The notes under the pieces were generated by a model. That model searched no databases and had not been told where the DNA came from. It saw only the letters and a list, made by a program, of their open reading frames with translations. A stretch of DNA of 64,000 bases, from NCBI GenBank assembly GCA_964453995.1, contig CAYVQC010000007.1:16815-80814 (forward strand), read 5' to 3'. The stretch is from an uncultured Bacteroidales bacterium (GTDB lineage: Bacteria; Bacteroidota; Bacteroidia; Bacteroidales; UBA7960). The translations under genes and the position numbers were made by a program. Positions within the stretch are counted from its first letter, which is position 1; every line of letters begins with the position of its first letter. This document shows, piece after piece, positions 37,542 to 50,200 of the stretch.

Positions 37542-38462
37542 CTAGTTAAAGATTCGTGGAGTTTTTGGAGTAACGCGGGTTTTGTTAAAACCCTCAAAAG
37601 CTGAACTGATCATGATTTCGTGTGATCCACCGTTGTAGCCGCGTGATACACCTACAGCATAGTCGTAAGCATATCCCACCTTAATATCAGGGGTAATGCT
37701 GTAGCCTACCATAGCCGATACAGCATCGCCCAATCTGTATGAAAATCCACCCCAGAGCATATCATCATAATAAGCCAGTATATTAATATCGAACTGTGTC
37801 ACAAACCAGCTGCTTTTAAAAAGTAAATAAGGTTGAATATCTACAGCGGGAAAAATATCTTCAAAAAGGTACTTGCCATAAAGGTAAAAGTGCCGGGGGG
37901 TATAATCAATGGTAGAGGCTTCTGCAGAGCGATACAGGTGTGTTACGGCAAAACCAACAGTAAGATTGGGATCAAGATATTCGACTCCGAAATTAAAGTC
38001 AGGTTTGAGGAAACTCTCCTTTCCGTAAAATGCATTTGGATCTACCATATTATCGTATTGCAGACCTGTTCCATCAATGGTTCGGTTTACAATCCCAGCC
38101 CCCAATCCAAAGGTAAGGCTGGATAATACACCTACCTGTACCGGAAAAGCATATAATGCCCGGGCAGTAAGGAAAGATTCATATCCCAGCCTGTCGTAAA
38201 TCACATTGATACCTACACCGCCAAAAAGCTCCTGTACATAAGTACTAGCGTTCAGTGCCTGGGTTGATGGTGCATTTTCCCAACCCACCCACTGCTGGCG
38301 TGCCACCAGAGATGTATTGATTGTATTTGAGATTTTGATAGCAGCAGGATTAAATATCAGCTCGTTAAACATGTATTGGCTGAAATGCACATCATTTTGC
38401 GATTTTCCGGAAAATTGCACAAACAGGGTAATAATGGTCAGTAGTGTTAGTGTTTTTTTCAT
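37542..38462 (-). CDS. Type IX secretion system membrane protein, PorP/SprF family
   Basis: A signal peptide is followed by HFSQYMFNELIFNPA (the PorP/SprF N-terminal signature). The 306-aa length fits a beta-barrel. Confidence 0.85.
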   Translation of the reverse strand: MKKTLTLLTIITLFVQFSGKSQNDVHFSQYMFNELIFNPAAIKISNTINTSLVARQQWVGWENAPSTQALNASTYVQELFGGVGINVIYDRLGYESFLTARALYAFPVQVGVLSSLTFGLGAGIVNRTIDGTGLQYDNMVDPNAFYGKESFLKPDFNFGVEYLDPNLTVGFAVTHLYRSAEASTIDYTPRHFYLYGKYLFEDIFPAVDIQPYLLFKSSWFVTQFDINILAYYDDMLWGGFSYRLGDAVSAMVGYSITPDIKVGYAYDYAVGVSRGYNGGSHEIMISSAFEGFNKTRVTPKTPRIFN

Positions 38463-38535
38463 AATCCAAACTTTTTAATAAATATATCCTGTTACTGCAT
38501 TCAAGTGGTGTGGAAATGATGATAACAGGTTTTTC

Positions 38536-41094
38536 TTATAATTCTGCTGCCAGTCTTCTGGCCCGGCTTACAGGAATTCTTTCTCCATCGTGAAATGCTA
38601 CTACATAAATTTCGTAGCCCAGTTGCCTCAATTCACGCTGCATGGCAAATGCATCATTAAAATCTTTGAAAGAGCCCACGAGGTAGCGATGATAACGATC
38701 GGTATCATAATAGTAAATAATGTCAACATCAGGAATTCTATCCATAATTTTCTTGTAATACTGCGGGCCAATAGGAACATTGGATGCCATAAACTGCACC
38801 ATGAACTCTACACCCTCAGCAAAATGGGCATCCTTTTCTATCGAATTGAGGTACCTGAAACTGTGACGTGAAGCATTCTCCAGGTAGGCGCGCAATTCTT
38901 CCAAGGGAATGGACTCAAAGGTTGCCCGCCTGTTGAGTTGATGTTCTGCTTCTGTAGTTGCGGATACAACTGCCAGTTGTGTTTTACCATGCCCCCTGGT
39001 GTATATCCTTTCAGGATCCACATTGTTTCGCCTGAGGTGCACCATTATGTTTCGTGCCCGTTGTTGCGAGAGGAAGAAATTGAAAAGGTAGCTACTGATT
39101 ACATCAGTATGGGCATGAATGATGATCCCTTTTTCAGGGTTGCTTTTCATAAAGCGTATAACGGTATCGAGCTGGGCAATAGCCACATCGCTCAGATTGG
39201 CCTTTCCGAATTCGAAATAGATCACCGGGAACCCATCTGAACTCAGGGTGAATTCCTGCGGTGTTTCGGGTTCAGAAGTTTCAGCGGTTTCAACCGGGGT
39301 TTCGGGGATTTCAACAGGAGGAACGACCTCTTCTGGGATTTCTGCAATTTCTTCTTGTGGTATTTCCTGCATAGTTTCCTGCTCAGCATCTACCTCTTGC
39401 AATTCTTCAGGTTCTGTTTCTGTAGCGGTATCTGTATTTGCAACTTCAATAGGAATCAGGGCAAAGTTTCTGATGTAATCTCCAATTACTTCAAACCTGT
39501 TGGCCAGGAGTTGATCTTTTACAGCCAATGTGTCAGCCAGTTCAACATACCCCTCCGGATAAGCATTAACATAGTAATTTACAGTAGTACTCAGATCGGG
39601 CAGATTATAGAAACCATCCTGATCGGTAATTGCCGTAAAGAAATTGTTGTTGTCATCGTAAAAGAATAGCTCAAGGTTTGAAATAGGTTCTCCGGTGACC
39701 TGATCCACTGCTCTACCCTGAGCCGTAAATGTTTTGGGGATCACCCTGAAAGAATAAATATCATCCTCACCATTGCCTCCCGGTCGGTTGCTGCTGAAAA
39801 ATCCGCGCGTATAATCACCATCAATGATAAATCCGAAGTCATCGGCGCTACTGTTTACGGGCACTCCCATATTTACCGGATCTGTATAATCATCATTTTC
39901 ACCAACAACAGAGTAAAAAACATCGAACCCGCCAAACCCAGGATGACCGTATGATGAAAAATAAAGCACATTACCGGCAATGTAAGGATACGACTCATTA
40001 AAGGGGGTATTTACGGTAGGACCCAGGTTTATGGGTTCTCCCCAATTATCGTTCTCGTCCCTCCTGATTTTGTAAATATCATATCCGCCAAATCCACCTT
40101 CCATGTCAGATGCAAAATATAACACCCTGTCGTCTTCCGAAATGCTTGGGTATCCTATATTGGCATCATCATTATTGAAAGGAAATATTTCCGGGCTTCC
40201 CCATGTATCCAGTTGCGAGTTGTATTTCACGGTATAAATGTCAGCTGTTTCCCGATTTCCGGTTTGCCCGCCGCTATTCATGAAATAAGCGGTTTCTGTG
40301 GCTTCGTTGTAAGAGAGAAATCCATCATAATAGCCGGAGTTGATCTCTCCCTGAAGCATTCGTGGAGTATCCCAGTCGCCTTTTCTTCGGTTGAAAGTAG
40401 CCTGGTAGATATTTGACAAGCCCTCTGAAGGTTCGTCGTAAGGTTGGGTAGATGAAAAAACGATGCGTTCCTTCAGGGTTCTTGACATCCAAACCCAGTA
40501 AAAAATATTATTGTAGCGCAATCTGATATCGATATCAAATTGTTCATCAACCTTTTCCTGTTCTTCAAACATAACCGCTACATTTTCAAGAAATGCTGTA
40601 CCCCATTGCTGTCCCGGGTTGTTGATGCTTCCTTCATTGGATACTTCAAAAATGGTTTCGGTGGAGTAGTTTTCCCTGGCAAAGATTGCCGATTGGCGAA
40701 GCTTTAATCCCAGAGGGTGATCGGGTTGAATTCTCAGAAACTGCTCTATATAATTGATTGAGAGGTCAAATTCTTCCAACCCCAGGGTCATTTCACTCAG
40801 GTGCAGATAGATCTCAGGTTGTTCATATCCCAGGTTCAGGGCAATGGTATACCACTTTTTGGCTTCCTGGTAGTTGAGCAACCTTCTGAAAGATTCTCCT
40901 ACCTTGAAGGAAAGCTCTCTTCGAATGTGAGGCTCATCTTCGCGCTGAAGAATTTTTGTGTAAATATCGATTGCCTGATGAAATAGCTCCTGGTTGAAAT
41001 AATCATCGCCCACGGCAATACGTTGCTGTGTGCGTTGACCAGTCACAGGAATTGCTAAGAGTAGACAGAATACGTAAATATAAAGTCGTTTCAT
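38536..41094 (-). CDS. OmpA-family protein: TPR, PD40/TolB-like repeats, acidic linker, OmpA-like domain and a SPOR-like C-terminal module
   Basis: It has a signal peptide and TPR-like helices. Repeats of the type YPSISEDDRVLYFASD..GGYDIY are present. An E/P/T-rich linker lies at 39250..39455. The OmpA-like region runs IYFEFGKANLS...LSQQRARNIM...NRRATFE. The final ~90 aa has a beta-alpha-beta pattern (FMVQFMAS...YLVGSFKDFNDAFAMQRELRQLGYEIYVVAF). Confidence 0.8.
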   Translation of the reverse strand: MKRLYIYVFCLLLAIPVTGQRTQQRIAVGDDYFNQELFHQAIDIYTKILQREDEPHIRRELSFKVGESFRRLLNYQEAKKWYTIALNLGYEQPEIYLHLSEMTLGLEEFDLSINYIEQFLRIQPDHPLGLKLRQSAIFARENYSTETIFEVSNEGSINNPGQQWGTAFLENVAVMFEEQEKVDEQFDIDIRLRYNNIFYWVWMSRTLKERIVFSSTQPYDEPSEGLSNIYQATFNRRKGDWDTPRMLQGEINSGYYDGFLSYNEATETAYFMNSGGQTGNRETADIYTVKYNSQLDTWGSPEIFPFNNDDANIGYPSISEDDRVLYFASDMEGGFGGYDIYKIRRDENDNWGEPINLGPTVNTPFNESYPYIAGNVLYFSSYGHPGFGGFDVFYSVVGENDDYTDPVNMGVPVNSSADDFGFIIDGDYTRGFFSSNRPGGNGEDDIYSFRVIPKTFTAQGRAVDQVTGEPISNLELFFYDDNNNFFTAITDQDGFYNLPDLSTTVNYYVNAYPEGYVELADTLAVKDQLLANRFEVIGDYIRNFALIPIEVANTDTATETEPEELQEVDAEQETMQEIPQEEIAEIPEEVVPPVEIPETPVETAETSEPETPQEFTLSSDGFPVIYFEFGKANLSDVAIAQLDTVIRFMKSNPEKGIIIHAHTDVISSYLFNFFLSQQRARNIMVHLRRNNVDPERIYTRGHGKTQLAVVSATTEAEHQLNRRATFESIPLEELRAYLENASRHSFRYLNSIEKDAHFAEGVEFMVQFMASNVPIGPQYYKKIMDRIPDVDIIYYYDTDRYHRYLVGSFKDFNDAFAMQRELRQLGYEIYVVAFHDGERIPVSRARRLAAEL

Positions 41095-41207
41095 CGAATG
41101 TGTTTGTTATGCAATATTTGTTACTTCCTGCAATGAACCGAAAAAGCAACAAAATCGTAGAGTTAATGAATATAATCCTTTGTTAAAAGTCTTATACGCA
41201 TTACTTA

Positions 41208-41244
41208 GCCGAAGGTTCCCTGAAAAAAAGAAGGAACCTTCGGC
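41208..41244 (-). other. Perfect 12-bp stem hairpin 9 nt downstream of the giant gene stop (no U-tract)
   Basis: The arms are gccgaaggttcc (41208..41219) and ggaaccttcggc (41233..41244) with a 13-nt loop. On the minus strand the loop is U-rich and no U-run follows the stem. Confidence 0.5.
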
Positions 41245-41252
41245 AGTTGATA

Positions 41253-44200
41253 TTATTTCAATATTACTGTAACAGAACCTTTTACTGTATTTTTATTATT
41301 ATCCTGATCATACACACTGAGCAGGTAATAATAAGTTCCGGGAGAAACTTTTCTGCCATTGAATGTTCCGTTCCAGCCGTCAGTGCCCTCATATACTTTT
41401 TGGCCCCAGCGGTTGAAAATTGTTAGTTCGGCCCCGGCTCCAAAGATATCGTTGATACCGTCTTCGTCGGGGGTAAAGGCATTGGGCAATTCATTGAGAA
41501 CGATGGTTACCACCTGGCTCATGCCGGGGCATTCTCCGGCATAACCCAATACATAAACCTGCTGTCCGTTCATCAGTTCGCTGGTTGTCCAGGTATTGAA
41601 GGCACCGCTTTGAACCAGTCTTGCACCAGGAATTCCTGATTTCTCATCCTCATTTCCTTCTTCATCCGGATCTGGTTCTTCTGTTGGGTCAACCACATAA
41701 AATTCATACAGATCAAGACCTGATGGCATGGCTTCAAATACGACGCTTTGTCCGGAGTAGATGGAGTAAGTATCGTCGGCAAGCATATTTCCAATGTGTA
41801 TGGCCACTTCGGGGCTTTCAATAATCATAACTTCTACCGAAGTATTTGCCATACAACCCAGAGAATCCATCACCATCAGGTTGTAAACTGTTGAGAATGG
41901 TGCCTGTACTTCGGGATTGGGCTCGTTGGAAATCTGGTTGCCCCCGGCATCAGTCCAGAAGTACTGGTAGGGCTGAACACCACCTCTTATTTCGAGGAAT
42001 GTGCCCAGCATTGCAGACTCACTGTTCTCGCATACTTCAGGATTGCCCTGGTTTACAATCAAAAGGTCATTGATGGTAACGACCACTTGTCCTGTTGCAC
42101 TGCAACCGGTTTGGCCATCAGTAACCACAACGGTGTAAACTGTTGTTTCCGTTGGGCTAACCTGGGGATTTGCTTCTGTTGAGCTGAATTCATCATCCTG
42201 GTCAGAAGTCCATAAGTATGTGTAACCTTCAATGGCTTCGCCACCTATGGCAACATTCTGGGCATCAGCAGCCGAGCAGAACACCATATCTTCAGCAATA
42301 ATCACTTCGGGAAGTGGTTGTACTGTAATGGTTACACTTGCCGAAGCAGAGCAGAAACCATTGGACACTTCCAGGATAAATGTGATCTGGTTGTTTTCAT
42401 CCAGCTGGTAGAGCGATGGGATCACCTCGGGATTTGCATCACTGCTGAAGAATCCCTGGGGCACAGAAGTCCATGAATAGGTTAACCCATCCTGTGCCGA
42501 TCCTGTTGCCAGGTTAATCACTTCATCCACACACACAACCCTGTCGTCAATCACGTTGGCTACGGGATAATCGTGTACGGTAACGACTACCGAATTTTCT
42601 GTAGTACATCCGGTAAGCACATATGTTTCAATGAGCGTATATGTTGTGGTAACCTGGGGACTTACTGTGGGGTTAGAAACAGTTGGGTCGCTTATGGACT
42701 CGTCATTGGGCTCACTGATCCACAGGTAGGTATTTAATGGCATGGGCTCATTGTACTCCATTCCAATAGTTACCACATCGCCAGGACAAATGTCAAGGTC
42801 GGGACCTGTTTCAGCATTGGGAGCCGGATTAACAGATACCACCACCTCATCGTTGCTGATGCAGCCCAGTTCGGCATGTTGTACCTGCAGGGTATAGGTA
42901 GTTGTTTCCTGTGGAGATACCACCGGATTGGGGATGTTGTTGTCAAATATCTCTTCGGGATTGCTCGAGGTCCAGCTGTAGAGCAGGTTTTCATCCACCT
43001 CTTCCGGTCCGATTATAACAGAATCATCCTGGCAGATATCCTGATCGGGGCCTGCATCAGCTGTTGCTTCTATAACCGTTATGGTTACTGAATTGCTGTT
43101 GGTACATCCACTTTCGATGTAGGTCTCTACCAGGGTATAGGTTGTCGTAACCATTGGTGATACCATTGGGTTGGAAATAGTCGGATCAGTAAGTGAGGAA
43201 TCTTCCGGTTCGCTGGTCCATAAATAGGTGTTGGCAGGAATAGGTTCAAGTCCTTCATCCATACCAATAAATACCTGGTCGCCGGCACAAATGGTCTGAT
43301 CTTCAGCAACAAGTGCCTGTGGCAGTTCATGGAACACTACATTAACCTCGCCGTAGGAAACACATGTGGTGTTGATTCTGGTAACTTCCACCCAGTACAA
43401 TCCGCTTTCTGTAACTTCCAGTGTTTGATTGGTGCTTCCGTCAGACCACAAGTAGGTGCTGTTTTCAAATGCTCCTGCATCCAGGATCACCGATTCTCCC
43501 TGGCATGCAAAAATTTCTCCACCAAGATCAATTTCTGGTGTGGGAACTACCTGAATGGTCACTTCATCGGTATCTGAACCACAACTGTTGAATGCTGTGA
43601 GGGTAAAGGTTGTGGTTTGACTCAGGATAACAGTGATTTCCGGGTCGTTCTCCGTTCCGTTAAAGTCGTACTCAGGAACCGCGGTCCACAGGTAGCTATC
43701 ACCTCCTGAAGCAGTAAGTGTTACAGTACCGTCCTGGCAGATTTCCAGGTCAGAAGCTGTAATTGAAGCTTGGGGCAATGGGTTTTGTGTTACTTCAACA
43801 CTTCCAGTCATCATGTTTGTGCAGCCCGCCGCTGTAGTGGCTGAAATTGTGTATATTCCCGGTTCAGTGATCAATCCAAAACTAATGGAGTCACCGGTTC
43901 CTTCTACAGTTAATGTGGTTTCTATGCCATCGAGCAGCAGGTCATAAATTACGCCGGTTTCAGAACCATCCAATCCTACTTCAACACCTTCTGTTCCTTC
44001 GCAGAAATCCCCTCCACCGGTTACAGTAAATAGCGAAGGCAAAGGAAATACAGTTACTTCAACACTGCCTGACATGGGCTGCTGGCATCCTGTAACAGGA
44101 TCGGAAGCCAAAACGGTATAGATGCCCGATTCATTCTGGATGCCGAAGGAAATGGTATCACCACTACCTGCTGCAGATATCCCGGTATCCGATCCGTCAA

Positions 44201-47200
44201 GGAAAAGGATATAATCGATACCGGTTTCACTGCCATCGAGTGTGATTTCCACCCCTTCTTCATCAAAACAGAAAGTATTATCACCCAAAGAGGTAACATT
44301 AAAAACAGCGAAGATCTGTGCTTCAGAAACCACGGTCTGCACTTCCTTCATGCATCCGTTGGCATCTGTTACCCTTACCGTGTAGGTTCCCGGAGTGGTA
44401 ATGGGAGAGAAGAATATACTTTCGCCTTCTCCTGCAGTAAGAGAATCTGCGGTTTGTTCACCATTGAACCAAAGAGTAAAGGTGAACGGAGCATTTCCCT
44501 GGGTTGCAGAAGCTTCTATGGTAGCCTCATTTCCCGCACAGATAATATCGGGATTGGTGGTAGCAGACAGCACTATTTCCTGGGGTTCAATGATCTCAAA
44601 CTCTTCAGATTCGACCGTGCATCCTGCTTCATCAGAAATAACAATAGTATATATACCAGGCTCAAGACCAGTAAAGTTCGCACTTCCGGTTTGGGTATCC
44701 TGTACCGGCATACCATTGCTGGTGAGGGTGTACTCAAGTATACCTGATCCTCCGTTGGCAGTAAGCTGCACCTGGCCATCATTTTCTCCGTTACAGGAAA
44801 TATTGGTAAACTGGAATGATAAAGGATCAATGGTGATGGCATCGGGTTCATCAATAATAATAGCATCGGAAAGTGAGTTTCCGCAGCCGTTTGTATCCGA
44901 TACGTTAACGTAATAGATGCCAGCAGCCAGTTCTTCAAAGGTATGAGGATCGGTAGTTAATGCGATAAAAGTTTCCAGCACATTCATTTCCTCATCCAGG
45001 AGTTCATAGGCATAGGGCAATGCTCCAGCCGATACTTCTGCAGTAATAGATCCTGTGGGTACCCCTGCACAGGTTAAATCCTGTGTAGTAATGGAAGCCA
45101 ATTGTGGTCCTTCGCTAATTTCAATGGTTGTAGTAGCAGTATTATCGCACCCGTTCTCAACCGTAAACTGGTATTGTACCTGGTAGGTGCCGGTTTCAGA
45201 ATTTGCCAGATTTACGGTTCCGGTAATGGGGTCTATATCAAGTCCATCCACCGGATCTGCGGTAAATGTGCCTGAAACAATAGTTGCTGTTGTGGTAATG
45301 ACAACATCTGCCGTTCCATCGGGGCAAAATACAGGAGCATCGTAGGAGATAGTGACTTCGGGCAGGGGAAGCACTTCAATTTCAGCCTGTCCGGTCATGT
45401 CAGACTCACATCCCGTATCCTGGTTTACAGCCAGGACAGTATATATTCCGGGAAGGGTTTTCAGACCAAAAGTTATAGAATCTCCCGTACCATCCACTAT
45501 ATCACCTGTTGGGCTTCCATCGAGATACAGGAAGTAGCTGATACCTGTTTCAGAGCCATCCAGCCCTACTTCCATGCCATCTTCTCCGCTGCAGAATGTA
45601 CCACCTCCAATAACATTGTAAACGATGGGCAGAGAGAACAATCCTACCTGTACTTCGCCATCCATGGCTACGGTACAGCCGGTGGCAGCGACTTCTGCAG
45701 CAGCTGTATAGGATCCCGCAGGGGTTATCAATCCGAAACTGACAGCACTGCCTGTGCCGTTGGTCGTGGCAATGGTATCTGTATTGTCGAGGATCAGGTA
45801 ATAGGTTACATCTTCTTGTGAGCTATCGAGTCCTATTTCCACTCCAGCACCATTTTCACAATAGTTACCTCCGCCAGTAATATTGAATACAAGGGGAAGT
45901 GGTTGGGATTCAATGGTAGCATTACCCTGCATGAGATTATTACAGCCGGTGAGGCTACTTTCTGCCAAAACGGTATAAACGCCCGGGTCGGTAAGTAAAC
46001 CAAAGCTGATGGAATCACCGGTACCAGCCACAGAAATTCCTGTTTGAGTGCCATCGAGCAACAGGAAGTAATCCACATCTAACTGGGAACCATCAAGACC
46101 TGCCTCCACTCCATCTGTACCTTCGCAATAATCGCCACCACCAGTAACATTAAATACTTGTGGCAAGGGAAGAATGATCACTTCTACTGAGCCATTCATC
46201 ATGGCCTGGCATCCTGTAGCAGAATCAGTTGCCATGATGGTGTAAATCCCCGATTCTGTTTGCAACCCAAAGGAAATGGCAGATCCGGTTCCGGCAATGG
46301 TACTGCCTGTGTGGGTACCATCAAGGAAAAGAAGGTAATCGATACCCGTTTCACTGCCATCCAGGACGATCTCAACTCCCTGGCCATCCATGCAATAAGA
46401 ACTATCACCCTGCGACCCAATGGTGAACAGGGTTAATTGCTGGGGTTCAGAAACCTGTGTCTGTTGTTCTGCCTGGCAACCATTGGCATCGGAAACTCTA
46501 ACGGTGTAGGTTCCCGGTGTGAGAAGCCCTGGAAAAATTACCGTTTCTGCCTCTTCGGCAATAAGGGTTTCACCCGTTTGTGTTCCCTCGAACCAAAGGG
46601 TGAAAGTATAAGGTGCTACACCCATCGTGGCAATAGCTTCTATGCTGGCTTCATCGCCTTCACATACCATATCAGGATTGGTAATTGCGTCAAGCACTAT
46701 TGCATCAGGTTCAGTGATGAGTAATTCTTCAGAAACAATGTTACAGTCCGCTTCATCAATAATAGCGACAAAGTAGCTTCCAGGAGCAAGACCGGTAAAG
46801 CTGGCGCTACCCGAAACGGGTCCCTGCAGGGTATCACCATTCTGTAACAGGTAATAATTAAGGATTCCAGTGCCACCATTGGCGGTAAGTTCCATCTGGC
46901 CGTCGTTTGCGCCAAAGCAGGAAACCGGTGTGATTACAAGGGAAAGTGGATCGATGGCAATGGGGTCGGGTTCGTCGATGGTAACAGGATCGGACAAAGT
47001 TGAACCGCAACTGTTGCTATCGGTAACGGTAATGGTATAAATACCAAATCCAAGATTTTCAAAAGTTTGGGGATCAGCTGTTTCGGCAATGATTGTTTGC
47101 AGAACGTTGCTATCAACATCAAGCAGTTCATAGGTATAGGGCAATTGTCCTCCAGATGCTGCAACGGTAATAAAACCTGTTGCATCTCCAGCACATACTG

Positions 47201-50200
47201 CATCCTGGGTTTCGAGCACTGTCAATGACGGGCTTTGGTTGATGGTAATCTGGATTTCATATTCGCCATAGCAGAGAATTACATCATCCACTCCCGGGCC
47301 GGTTGATATGAAACTACCGTATCTGTACAATATGGTGTATGTTCCGGCATCGCTCTGACCAGGGAAGATCTCTCCCGTGGTCTGTACCATTGAGAGCATC
47401 GCACCATCAGGCTGACTGCTTACAACAGTAAAGATCTGGTCAACGATCACATCTTCGGTTTCTACGATGGGCATGAAACCAATTGCCGGATCGAGGCTTT
47501 CGCAGAACTCATCGCTTTCGTAAGAGAATGTTGCTGTGGGCAGTTCATAGATAGTAATGGTAATACTGTCAGAAACGGCTGTACATCCGTTGGCGTCTTC
47601 CACCCAAACGGTATAGGTGCCCGCTTCCTCAGCATTGTAGTTTGCTGCGGTAGCACCTGCTATGATCTGATCATTGCGATACCACTGGTAGGAGCTGAAT
47701 CCGGGAGTAGCAGTAATAAAAGTGCTGATAATATCATTGGCACAATAATCGACCGGGTCAAAAGTGCTGATCTCAACTACCGGGGCTGGAAGCGTTACTA
47801 CGTCAATGCTGCCGTTCATATCTCTGGCACATCCAGAGATGGTGTCGGTAGCAATTACGGTATAGGTTCCGTTTTCGGTGAAGGTTCCAAAATTCAATGC
47901 ATTGCCGGTTCCGGTGAGGGTTGCTACAACATTGCTTTCCAGGATCAGCTGGTACTGGATGTTGGGCTCAGACCCGCTAAGGCCCAGTATTACTCCATCA
48001 TTTTCGGGGCAATATTCTCCGGAAACCGGATCAGAGGTAATATCGAATATTGCAATGATAACCGGAACAGAGATGGTAACGATTTGTTCCTGGGTACATC
48101 CGTTGGTATCCTGAACTCTAACAGTGTAGTCCCCACTTTGGGTTAATCCGGTAAACTGAATTGTTTCACCTTCATTTCCTGACACGGGGCCTCCTTGCGG
48201 TGCACCTTCCAGCCAAAGGGTAAATGTATAGGGAGCAACACCTTGGGTGGCAGAGGCTTCAATAGTAGCTTCATCGCCTTCGCAGGTAATATCGGGGTTG
48301 GCTGCTGCTGAAACAGCAATGGCCTCCGGCTCAATAATGTCAATTACTTGCGGGTATTCATAGGAACAGTTGTTTTCATCACTTACCTGAATGGTATATG
48401 CACCTTCTGTCAATCCCGTAAAGATGCCACTGGTTTGGTTTTCAAACAAGATAGTACCATTTTGCAGCAGAGTGTAGAGCAGTTCACCTGTTCCACCCTG
48501 GGCCACAACCTCAATGGCACCATCGCCGGCACCGTTACAGCTGATCTGGGTTACAACAAGATTGACCGGATCAATAACAATAGCATCAGGTTCGCTTACT
48601 ACAACCTCATCAGAAAGGGCAGTACAGGTATTGGCATCATCCACACCAATATAATATGTTCCTGCGGCAAGCAGATCAAATGTTACGGGCTGGTCATTGG
48701 TAGCCACAATTGTAGCCACAACCTGCAAAGATTCATTGAGAAGTTCATAGGTAAATGGTGGCTGGCCTCCGGGCGCTACTACAGTGATGGCACCCGTGGC
48801 TTCTCCGGCACAGAGTACGTTATCCACATCTACTATACTGATCTCGGGACTGGGATTGATGGTAATGTCGATCTCATATTCATTATAGCACAAAATAAAG
48901 TCATCTACACCGGGTCCTGTTGAAATAGAGCTGCCATATCGATAAAGTATGGTAAATGTTCCGGCAGTACTTTGACCAGGGAAGATCTCTCCGGTGGATT
49001 GGTTGATGATCAGTTCTGCGTCTGCCGGTATGCTATTGGTAATTGTAAATACCTGGTCCATGATTACATCTTCAGTTACAATGATCGGCAAATAACCGGT
49101 GGACGGATCGATACTTTCACAGAATTCGTTGCTTTCGTAAGAGAATGTTGCTGTGGGCAGTTCATAGGTGGTAATGGTGATACTGTCAGAAACGGCAGTA
49201 CATCCGTTGGCATCTTCCACCCAAACGGTGTAGGTGCCTGCCTCCTCTGCATTGTAGTTTGCTGCGGTAGCACCCGCTATGATCTGATCATTACGATACC
49301 ACTGGTAAGAGCTGAAACCGGGAGAAGCAGTAATAAAGGTGCTGATAATATCATTGGCACAATAATCGACAGGGTCAAAAGTGCTGATCTCAACTACCGG
49401 GGTTGGAAGAGTTACTACATCAATGCTGCCGTTCATGTCTCTGGTGCATCCAGATATGGTTTCGGTAGCCAGTACGGTATAGGTTCCGTTTTCGGTGAAG
49501 GTTCCAAAGTTCAATGCATTACCGGTTCCGGTAAGGGTTTCAACAACCGTGCTTCCACGCAACAATTGGTATTGGATACCTGTTTCGGATCCGCTTAATC
49601 CCAGAGTCACTCCATCGTCACCTTCACAGAATTCTCCCGAAGCCGGGTCGGAGGTAATATCAAAAACAGTAATCAATACAGGGGTGGAAATAGTAATTGT
49701 TTGTTCTGTAGTACAATTATTGGCGTCCTGCACACTTACTGTATATTCACCGCTTTGTGTAAGTCCTGTGAACTGAATGAGTTCATCTGCATTGGCTGCA
49801 ACAGGGCCACCTACCTGTGTTCCGCCCAGCCACAATGTAAAACTATAGGGGGCAACACCCTCTGTGGCAGAGGCTTCTATCGTTGCCTCATCATTTTCGC
49901 ATGCAATATCGGGGTTGGCTGCAACATTCAGTACAATAGCATTGGGCTGGCTGATGGTAATGCTCTCAGAATAATCGAAAATACAACCTGCTTCATCTTC
50001 TACCTGAAGATCGTAGGTGCCGGCAGCAAGGCCGGTAAAAGTGCCACTATCCTGGGGTCCGAATACTACTGATCCTCCTTGCAGCAGGGAATATGAAAGC
50101 TCTCCGGTTCCGCCGGTAGCAGTAAAACTAATCTGTCCATCTGTACCATTAAAACAGGAAACATCTGTAGAGGATACAGAACCCGGATCAATGGTAATGG

